Positions 15,439 through 22,660 of a stretch of DNA of 32,000 bases are shown here, in pieces. The stretch is from Nostoc sp. PCC 7120 = FACHB-418 (lineage in GTDB: Bacteria > Cyanobacteriota > Cyanobacteriia > Cyanobacteriales > Nostocaceae). Each line of letters starts with the position of its first letter. Within the stretch, counting starts at the first letter, position 1. Location of the stretch: the NCBI RefSeq assembly GCF_000009705.1, contig NC_003267.1, positions 1 through 32,000 on the forward strand. The letters are read 5' to 3'. The notes beneath the pieces are model-generated. The model had not been told where the DNA came from. It ran no database searches and worked only from the letters and a program-made list of their open reading frames with translations. The translations under genes were made by a program, and so were the position numbers.

Positions 15439-15584
15439 AATTATTACTTCTACTCTTCCGACTTCTGCCTTCTGCCCTCTGCCCTCTGCCTTCCCCCTAC
15501 CAAGATCACCAAAAGTTGCCAAGAACCTATAAACTGGATACTCATTTCTGAAGCATATCGTGGGTTAAAATCTCATTTTTTGTT

Positions 15585-15848
15585 TCAAATCACACTAACC
15601 TCTAATAAATCAATTTTTAGCAAATCATACTTGCAGTCAATCAGATTATGTCTATGAAAGCATGGTGCTGCTGCTATTAGTTTAACTGGCTGGTCATAGT
15701 CAATTTGTTCTGCAAATAATTTTCCATCTAATAGGTTGTCATAATAACGAGTTAACTGCTGAATAACATATCTATCTTCAGCATTTTTAAGTTCAACGTA
15801 TGACTGACTGGAATCAAAAACAAGAACGCTTCCTGCAATATAATATCC
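15585..15848 (-). pseudogene. start-less remnant of a PD-(D/E)xK-like protein
   Basis: An 87-codon open frame bounded by TAG upstream, with no start codon. Translation: GYYIAGSVLVFDSSQSYVELKNAEDRYVIQQLTRYYDNLL...CFHRHNLIDCKYDLLKIDLLEVSVI. The VFD...VELK spacing resembles a restriction-endonuclease-like core. Not in the ORF track because it lacks a start. Confidence 0.3.
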
Positions 15849-16114
15849 CTACTCGCTTGGGTCACTTAGCTGCTAACTTAGCCCGAATTAAATCTTTTTG
15901 TGATCATGTAACGCCTCAAGATGTAATAGCCAGTCTTTAAAAAAAAGTTTGTATTTTATTGAGTGGACTGTACCTAACATGGTGCAGACAGATGTTGACC
16001 AAGCAGCTGAGTTAGTGGAATTGGGACGGACTTTAACACGTTGGTTATTTAGCTGGGAAAAAATTAGAACTGACAGCACAGCTTTAACCCAGGTTCAAAC
16101 TGAAGTTAGGCATC
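15800..16114 (+). pseudogene. small helical-protein gene, frameshifted and then truncated by the ISAzo13 insertion
   Basis: The ATG at 15800 opens a 46-codon frame (MTDWNQKQERFLQYNIPTRLGHLAANLARIKSF...) ending at TAA 15938..15940, in a TTT-A8 tract. The -1 frame is open from 15904 and continues KKSLYFIEWTVPNMVQTDVDQAAELVELGRTLTRW... until it runs into the IS left end at 16115. Confidence 0.35.
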
Positions 16115-17437
16115 ATGTAAAAATAACTTGAACGATTTACCGAATAGTTAGATCATCAGAATGTAACCGAATTAAAGGCTTAGATGTCTGATAACCAAGT
16201 AGTAGAAAGCATTCAAGACAAGTATGATTCGTTAAAGCCCTATTTGAACGAGAAAACACGGCGTGTTTGGGCAGCAATCGAAGCCCGAAGCCTGGGGTGG
16301 GGAGGTATCAGTCAGGTTGCGCTCGCAACTGGACTATCCCGGACTACAATCCATGCTGGGATAAGGTTATTGTTAGAAGCTTCAGAGGAAGAAACCTCGA
16401 ATGGCGATAGTAATCGAATTCGTTCGTCAGGTGCTGGACGTAAACTACTGGAAGAAAAAGACGCGATGCTGTTATCAGATTTAGAATCGCTGATTGAACC
16501 AGTGACGCTGGGAGATCCAGAATCGCCTCTAAAATGGACTTCTAAAAGTGTAGTGAAACTGGCCGCGGCATTAAACATTGGCGGACATAGGACTAGTCCT
16601 AAAAGTGTTTACAACTTACTTGAATCGCTGGGCTACAGCTTACAATCAAATCGTAAAACCCGTGATGGCTCATCTCATCCAGATAGGGACGACCAATTTT
16701 TACATATTTCCAAGCAAGTCTTGCACTTTCAATCCCAGAACGAACCCGTAATTTCAGTGGATACTAAAAAAAAAGAATTAATTGGAGATTTTAAAAATTC
16801 CGGAACCGAGTGGTGTGAGAAGGCACGGCCAATTGAGGTGAAGATGCATGATTTTGTTGACCCCAAATTGGGCAAAGCAATTCCCTACGGAATTTATGAT
16901 TTAACCTCAAATCAAGGATGGGTGAATGTTGGCATCGACCACGATACAGCAGAGTTTGCAGTCGAGTCTATTCGTCATTGGTGGTACTCAATGGGAAAAG
17001 AAGTTTATCCAAAAAGCCAGCATATAATGATTACGGCTGATTGCGGTGGTAGCAATAGTTATCGCTCTCGATTGTGGAAATTGAAGCTACAAGAATTAGC
17101 AACTGAAACTGGTAAAACTATTCATGTGTGCCATTTTCCTCCAGGCACAAGTAAATGGAATAAGATTGAGCATCGCTTGTTTTGTCACATTACCCAAAAC
17201 TGGCGAGGCAGACCATTGACCAGCTTACAAGTTGTGATTAATCTAATTCGCAATACTACCACCACACAAGGATTAGAAGTTGAGGCTAGATTAGATCCAA
17301 ATCTCTACAAAACGGGAATCAAAGTTACAGACCAAGAGCTTGAGACTATTGCAATCGAACGAAATTCTTTTCATGGTGAGTGGAACTATATTATCAAACC
17401 CAAAGTAGGCACTTAATTGTTCAGGTTATTTTTACAT
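16115..17437 (+). mobile_element. ISAzo13-family insertion sequence
   Basis: Terminal inverted repeats ATGTAAAAATAACTTGAAC (16115..16133) and GTTCAGGTTATTTTTACAT (17419..17437), with one mismatch, bracket the transposase gene. Confidence 0.8.
16184..17416 (+). CDS. ISAzo13-family DDE transposase
   Basis: SVDTKKKELIGDFKNSG, AIPYGIYDL, GIDHDTAEFAVESIRHWW, ITADCGGSNSYRSRLWK and VCHFPPGTSKWNKIEHRLF are the conserved blocks of this family. Confidence 0.9.
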   Translation: MSDNQVVESIQDKYDSLKPYLNEKTRRVWAAIEARSLGWGGISQVALATGLSRTTIHAGIRLLLEASEEETSNGDSNRIRSSGAGRKLLEEKDAMLLSDLESLIEPVTLGDPESPLKWTSKSVVKLAAALNIGGHRTSPKSVYNLLESLGYSLQSNRKTRDGSSHPDRDDQFLHISKQVLHFQSQNEPVISVDTKKKELIGDFKNSGTEWCEKARPIEVKMHDFVDPKLGKAIPYGIYDLTSNQGWVNVGIDHDTAEFAVESIRHWWYSMGKEVYPKSQHIMITADCGGSNSYRSRLWKLKLQELATETGKTIHVCHFPPGTSKWNKIEHRLFCHITQNWRGRPLTSLQVVINLIRNTTTTQGLEVEARLDPNLYKTGIKVTDQELETIAIERNSFHGEWNYIIKPKVGT

Positions 17438-17570
17438 AACTCCTTAGTTCATGGTCGCAGCGTGTTCTGGATATGTCGGGATTGTTATCAGAATCAACAG
17501 CGATCGCCTAGAAACTAAATTTCACAACAGGGATTAGGGTTAATTGCCATTTAGATGGACTATTGCAGGT

Positions 17571-17735
17571 ATGTCGATCTAGGGGGGACGTATTGGAAAT
17601 AGGGATTTGGGGCGTTAATAACATAAATAAAGGAATGAAGTCTTTCTGGTGATAGACTTCATTCCGTTGCAGGCGATCGCCGAGGACGATGAGCTGTGAA
17701 AGCAGACATTTTCATGCAGAGTTACACGTTCTAGC
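17571..17735. repeat. dispersed about 180-bp repeat, copy 1 (MITE-like family)
   Basis: Shares ATGTCGATCTAGG...GCGATCGC...GATGAGCYGTGAAAGCAGACATTTTCATRCAGARTTACACGTTNTAGCCCTTTT with 21300..21483. Shares its 5' half with 26068..26200. Confidence 0.6.
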
Positions 17736-17982
17736 CCTTTTGTGTAATGGGGCTGACTATATACTGATGTGACAAATGGTACGGTAAGGGAACTAGAAAT
17801 TTTACGTGACCGTGTTTTGTCTGAACTGAAGTTAGGTAAGCAAGCTACTGGGTATAAAACTGCTCAGAAGGTTCTCAATCGTTTTATTGCTGAACTACTC
17901 CATTCAGTTTAGCTGCTTGGGGAATTCGCCAACGATATCGGTATCTCGGCGGCCACCCGGTATAACCTTATCTGGAGATCGC

Positions 17983-20304
17983 CTAAATGTTGATACTCAT
18001 CATGAGATCCTCTAATGGAAGTCCTGGTTCCAATATTGATGATTTTTCCCGAATGAGCTGTTTGAGTAAATCCGATCCATATACTGCAACTGAGTTGTAT
18101 CGAATTGATGAAAGTACCCATGTTAAAGATCGTTGAGAGAAGCGTATTTTGTCCTGTGTCTGTTGGTCGTATTGACTATAATCTCCCATTGATACATGAT
18201 TAGGATTTCCAGCATCATCATATTGTTTAAAGTTAGCCCATGAGTGCAGGAAACTTGAATGGTAAATGATGTACATTAACAGACTTTTAAGCTCTGATGA
18301 ATCGTATTTGGGTGGTTGGTCTCCGGAGTAAAGACTTCGTTCTTTTAATTCAGCAAAAAGTTCGTCAACCTGAATCGCATTTACTTCGGTGCGAAGTTCA
18401 TCTTCAAATGGTTGTAGTAAACCCTGTTCAACATAATTGTTAAGTAGTTCCCAATAGGCTGTTGCCGCAGGTGTAAAAAGGTCTCCGGGAATATCACGTG
18501 GCAAATCAGCGATTGGATTCCACATATAACTCAGTTTACTTAATTCATTTTTCATTACATCAACAATAGATCCCTGCGTTAGCATGGAGGCGATAGGGAT
18601 GAAACCTGTTGAACCGATAATCTTTGGAACAGCTGATGAGTTGATAAATATCAGCCCCTCAAGATGAGGATTAATAAACGCCCGCACAGGATGAGTGGGA
18701 GCGAGCCTTCTTTTTATAGCCATAACATATTGTTCAATGTTGAAGTGACAACGGGCTAAATGAAGTTTCAGCTCTTGTGAAAGGAATTCGGCTTGCAGGT
18801 AAGTACGTTTAGCATATTGCCATTGTTCTTGGCATGGCGTAATTTCATGATCATCTATTTTTATTGAATGCAGCTTGACACCATTTTGTTTATCAACAAA
18901 AAGCCGACATTGAACAAAATCAGGAAAGTGCAAGCCTGGCTTGATGTCATATTTTGCCAGATTGTGAGTAAGCTCATGTGTCCAGCCTTCTTGACCAGAA
19001 GATTCGCGAATTGCACCTGGATTGTACCCATTGAGCCGACGTTCTAAAAAGTAGCTGTCAGGGATATCGGTGGGATCAGTAGTGCCAACTGCCAAATCCA
19101 AAGCTGTAGTAGGCATGGCTGATACAAGTGCTTCAATCTTGTCGTGTTCACCGTCTGAAGGGTATGAATTATCTGTAAGAAAATTATATTTCTCTAATAG
19201 AAAAAGGAATCTTTTAGAAGGAATTTCAGTCACTGGGAGAGGGAAATAAACTGGTTTTCCAGGCAAATCATCCTTACTTCCATACAAATACTGAGTGCGT
19301 TCAGCACGAACAATGGAGCCAAAATAATGAACTAAGGCACCAGACACTCCCAGTGATGCAAAATCATCTACACTATATGAATTTGGAAGTTTTAAATCAT
19401 AATGAGTATTGCCCGGATTGTAGGCAATTTCTTGATAATAATCATTTTCAGATTCATCTTGATTAAGCACTATGGCTGCTATATCGAGCCAAGGGTAGGT
19501 GTTTGGATCCCATATATTACTGCAATCTACAGCCACATCCTCAATCGATCTGAATTGGGCTTGCAAGACGTACTCCACAATGTTTCCGTCAGTCAATCGT
19601 TGGCGAAACTCATTTCTTAGATAATTTTTTTCGCGAGTATCGCCCCGTTTTCTGGGTAATACCAGTCTAGGGCCTATTTCAACACTGTCATCTAATAAAC
19701 CGCCTTCTGTGCTTTGATTAGGATTTAAAAGGCGAAAGCGGGCGTAACGGGATTTCTTTTTGGAATCCACCCATTCATAACAAAGCTGTGTGTGGTAGTA
19801 CAATTCAGTAAACGAATCTGGATTGCGTAAGGCTGCCTCCACTGCATACCTTCTTAAACTGCCACTGGCAAGCATATCACTTTTTTGATGAAAATCTGAA
19901 CCAAAAAATTGATGATACAATCGGGCTGTTGGGAGTCCGAAAACTTCACCAGTATTGAGTACAAGATCCAGTAGTCGTGGCTTACTTAGGTCATCACCGA
20001 TATTTCCAATTCTAATAGCTGAACCACGACCGTTTATAAGAGCATCATCTTTTGCACCACCCACAATATTTGCATGACGAAAAATGACATCATATTTTTT
20101 ACCTGGGGTGAATAGCGAATGAGAGGGGACATCACTGCTATGCAATACGGTTAAGTTCCCTTTGACTATAATTCCGTCGGTATGCGTTCCACGGCCTCTT
20201 AGTGCAAGACCAGCAGCAGAGAACATGGCTTGCAACTCAAGCATGATTTTTTGAGATTCTGAATCCAATAAATTTAACAACTTCAAGTAAGTATTCAAAT
20301 CCAT
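17983..20304 (-). CDS. catalase-related hemoprotein / lipoxygenase fusion protein
   Basis: 773 aa. The C-terminal half has the lipoxygenase iron ligand motifs HLARCH (H-x4-H), HSWANFKQY (H-x3-N) and a C-terminal Ile (...SINI). The N-terminal half has catalase/allene-oxide-synthase-like RGRGTHTDG (distal His) and VIFRHANIVGG...GRGSAIRIG. The architecture and length match the characterised Anabaena sp. PCC 7120 fusion enzyme. Confidence 0.8.
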   Translation of the reverse strand: MDLNTYLKLLNLLDSESQKIMLELQAMFSAAGLALRGRGTHTDGIIVKGNLTVLHSSDVPSHSLFTPGKKYDVIFRHANIVGGAKDDALINGRGSAIRIGNIGDDLSKPRLLDLVLNTGEVFGLPTARLYHQFFGSDFHQKSDMLASGSLRRYAVEAALRNPDSFTELYYHTQLCYEWVDSKKKSRYARFRLLNPNQSTEGGLLDDSVEIGPRLVLPRKRGDTREKNYLRNEFRQRLTDGNIVEYVLQAQFRSIEDVAVDCSNIWDPNTYPWLDIAAIVLNQDESENDYYQEIAYNPGNTHYDLKLPNSYSVDDFASLGVSGALVHYFGSIVRAERTQYLYGSKDDLPGKPVYFPLPVTEIPSKRFLFLLEKYNFLTDNSYPSDGEHDKIEALVSAMPTTALDLAVGTTDPTDIPDSYFLERRLNGYNPGAIRESSGQEGWTHELTHNLAKYDIKPGLHFPDFVQCRLFVDKQNGVKLHSIKIDDHEITPCQEQWQYAKRTYLQAEFLSQELKLHLARCHFNIEQYVMAIKRRLAPTHPVRAFINPHLEGLIFINSSAVPKIIGSTGFIPIASMLTQGSIVDVMKNELSKLSYMWNPIADLPRDIPGDLFTPAATAYWELLNNYVEQGLLQPFEDELRTEVNAIQVDELFAELKERSLYSGDQPPKYDSSELKSLLMYIIYHSSFLHSWANFKQYDDAGNPNHVSMGDYSQYDQQTQDKIRFSQRSLTWVLSSIRYNSVAVYGSDLLKQLIREKSSILEPGLPLEDLMMSINI

Positions 20305-20691
20305 GATCTAATCCCCCAATAGGTTGACCTTATCCAATGCGATGTAAATTCAATTCAACTCAACTACTAATCATCAAAAGTGGCTCCTTCAAATCTCAAT
20401 TGGCGGTACAATCCCCGCTTAATCCCGCCACTAGAGGCAAACTAAGCCTCAAATCTATTCAGATGGTTAAATGGTATTCCTGTCCCGATCTCGTTTGATT
20501 AATATTGGTGAAAGATTGAGTGATTTAATAATTAATATTTTTTCACAAGCCAAGTATTGTTTTATGTTCTACCCATCTGGCAACATAACTTTGCTAAAGT
20601 TAAACCCTGATGAAACATTTGTAGACTTATCGGGGTGTAGTACAAGATTTATGCAAGTTCGCAAATAATTTTGAATAAAATAACGTAAAAA

Positions 20692-21014
20692 GCTACAATA
20701 TGGGGTTTTTTGTACGTCCCCTCGAAAAGGGGGAATAGCAAAAACGAAGTTTGGCATTATTACCTTCAAATCCTTGTAAGCTTTGCTTTTCCCCCCAACG
20801 TGTCTCAGAAACTATACGAGTTGAGACACTCCTGTATTGTGTCTCTTTTTATGTCTCAAAATGCAATTCTTAGATCGTCTAAGGACTAATGAGACTCTCC
20901 CAAACCTATAGCTCTATGAAGGTTTGCACTATTTTAAAGGTCAAGCACCATTCTTGATTAAATTCCTTAATCCCCCTTTCCGAGGGTTTGTATAAAAAAC
21001 CCCAACTATGTTTT
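20692..21014. repeat. inverted-repeat-bounded element (about 45-bp arms) with internal GTCTC/GAGAC motifs
   Basis: The left arm GCTACAATATGGGGTTTTTTGTACGTCCCCTCGAAAAGGGGGAAT, reverse-complemented, matches the right arm AATCCCCCTTTCCGAGGGTTTGTATAAAAAACCCCAACTATGTTTT at roughly 75 percent by eye. The interior has GTGTCTCAG..TTGAGACAC (8-bp stem) plus three more GTCTC/GAGAC copies. Confidence 0.45.
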
Positions 21015-21131
21015 AGTGATCGCCGATATAGCACCCCTTTGCAAAGTGCAAAAATGCGGCTCTCTGACTCCAGGCGCTACGAAACCTCTCCCTAAACAAG
21101 AGCGATCGTCCAAAACAAGTAATAAAGAGAT

Positions 21132-21242
21132 GCCGAACCACTGTTTCAAAAAGCTTTGAGAATTGCTGAACTTACGTTGGGGGTAGATCATCCCAGCACA
21201 GTTACTATCCATAAAAATTTGAAATACTTGCGGGATAATTAA
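21132..21242 (+). pseudogene. C-terminal remnant of a TPR (TPR_10/12-type) protein
   Basis: The frame reads AEPLFQKALRIAELTLGVDHPSTVTIHKNLKYLRDN then stop. It is preceded in the same frame by two stops and further degenerate TPR-like text (SRRYETSP*TRAIVQNK**). This explains the spurious antisense ORF 21006..21251. Confidence 0.55.
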
Positions 21243-21299
21243 GCTTAACACCAGTCTTATTAAAAATTATAAACAAGCTCAATAAGATTCCACCTATGA

Positions 21300-21483
21300 G
21301 CCAGAACGTGTAATGAGGATATGCCGATCTAACCGGGACGCAGCACGACTAAGATTTTCGAGCATTAACAGCATAAATAGAGCGATGAAATTTCTGATGA
21401 TGAGCTACAGCCCACGGCAGACGATCGCCCTTGGCGATGAGCCGTGAAAGCAGACATTTTCATACAGAATTACACGTTATAGC
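21300..21483. repeat. dispersed about 180-bp repeat, copy 2, with 15-bp terminal inverted repeats
   Basis: Left end GCCAGAACGTGTAAT (21300..21314). Right end ATTACACGTTATAGC (21469..21483) is the reverse complement of GCTATAACGTGTAAT (2 mismatches). The interior aligns with copy 1. Confidence 0.6.
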
Positions 21484-21698
21484 CCTTTTTTGGAGTCCTG
21501 CATGAACTATGAGCCTTAACAATAAGCTAAAGAGAGATTGCTTCCATTAATTGCGTAATTGAGAACAGAAACAATGTATTAATAGTAAAATATGATACCG
21601 CACTAAAGAGGTAGTAAATGGAGCCATTAACTGCTGGTGCGATCTCTATCGCTGGGCGTTCCTTGCCATCGCCTAAACTAATATCCCCGAACAGGAAG

Positions 21699-21740
21699 GA
21701 TCACCAAAAGTTGCCAAGACCTAAATTATGATTCAAAGGA
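21699..21740 (+). repeat. solo ISL3-type right-end copy plus conserved flank
   Basis: GATCACCAAAAGTTGCCAAGACC then TAAATTATGATTCAAAGGA. It matches the IS terminus at 15504..15527 and, in reverse complement, the outer flank of the left IS end (12944..12985). Confidence 0.6.
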
Positions 21741-21771
21741 CACTTGCTCCCGTCGCGGCTCAACTATTTGC

Positions 21772-22398
21772 TTAATACAATCTTTCGTACTCTAAATTAA
21801 AACACTGCTTGAGCCATTGCTTAATTTCATTACGAGATGGACTAACTCTGGAGTTTAATGTACCAATAGGTAATATCTCTCGTAACTGTGCCATCTGCGG
21901 TGAACGGTCATGTTCTTCTATAAGTTTCCCATTATCAAAGATTAGCTCATAGACAGTTCTGAACTCGTATGCAGGGGGAAAGCCCATCCCATAATACATC
22001 TCGCAGATGGAGTCGTTTCCCAGTAACAAACCACCAGTAAAGGGAATCAACTTCCGTATAGCATCTATTTTACAGTCCGATGACTCCCAACCCCAAGACT
22101 TTGTATATTGAGTAGTTGGTTTACCAAACAGCTTCAATAACCGCTTCAAATGATCTGCTTCACTTAACCCAATATTAAGTTTTGTAAGAAACAGAGATGT
22201 ATCAGTGACTTCATAAGTGCAGTAATAACCTCGCCAGCAAGCAGTAGAAATTATATCGAAATTGATGCCATACTTTACTGGATTAAACAACCTATAACCA
22301 TTGGTACTAGCAAGGGTAAAAGACTTCTTCTGATATAAGACTGTATCGTAAATTTGTTCAGTCATTGACTTAATTTTTAGTTGCAGTTTAGTCATCAA
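21772..22398 (-). CDS. hypothetical protein
   Basis: 208-aa ORF with no motif recognised. It is bracketed by the two solo IS-end copies. Confidence 0.55.
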   Translation of the reverse strand: MMTKLQLKIKSMTEQIYDTVLYQKKSFTLASTNGYRLFNPVKYGINFDIISTACWRGYYCTYEVTDTSLFLTKLNIGLSEADHLKRLLKLFGKPTTQYTKSWGWESSDCKIDAIRKLIPFTGGLLLGNDSICEMYYGMGFPPAYEFRTVYELIFDNGKLIEEHDRSPQMAQLREILPIGTLNSRVSPSRNEIKQWLKQCFNLEYERLY

Positions 22399-22575
22399 TG
22401 CTAGTGTAAAGAATAGCTTTGCTGCATCCGCAATTTTATTTAAATATTGGTAGGAGAGTTTTGTTGAAATACTGTTAAATGTTAAAAATTTAGTTTGTTG
22501 ATTTAAACATTCTGTAAGGGTGCGGGGGAAAGATATTTTTCATCTATGATTGTGAAATTTTTTCATTGGGACTGT

Positions 22576-22634
22576 CTTCTGCCTTCCCCCAACCTGACCA
22601 AAAGTTACCAAGAACCACATTATGATTCAAAGGA
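22576..22634 (+). repeat. second solo ISL3-type right-end copy (degenerate) plus the same flank
   Basis: CTTCTGCCTTCCCCCAACCTGACCAAAAGTTACCAAGAACC then ACATTATGATTCAAAGGA. It includes part of the heptamer-containing internal side of the IS right repeat. Confidence 0.55.
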
Positions 22635-22660
22635 CAGTAAGTTTCAGTTCGATTGCTTAT

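Larger units (their letters stand above)
12962..15527 (+). mobile_element. ISL3-family insertion sequence with long terminal inverted repeats and a passenger gene
   Basis: Perfect 24-bp termini: GGTTCTTGGCAACTTTTGGTGATC (12962..12985) and its reverse complement (15504..15527). Imperfect complementarity extends about 70 bp inward. It includes four heptamers GGCAGAG/GGCAGAA (12999..13026), mirrored at 15463..15490. No clean target-site duplication seen. Confidence 0.8.

Noticed and set aside
17769-17912. 47-codon plus-strand ORF (GTG start; TNGTVRELEILRDRVLSELKLGKQATGYKTAQKVLNRFIAELLHSV) downstream of the lipoxygenase gene
   Set aside because: The translation looks plausibly protein-like. However, it is too short, has a non-ATG start and no clear RBS, and I cannot tie it to a family. 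It is left unannotated pending homology search.
21006-21251. 81-aa minus-strand ORF
   Set aside because: The opposite strand in this interval translates into an unmistakable TPR C-terminal remnant (AEPLFQKALRIAELTLGVDHPSTVTIHKNLKYLRDN). The minus-strand ORF has no motif and is probably an artefact.
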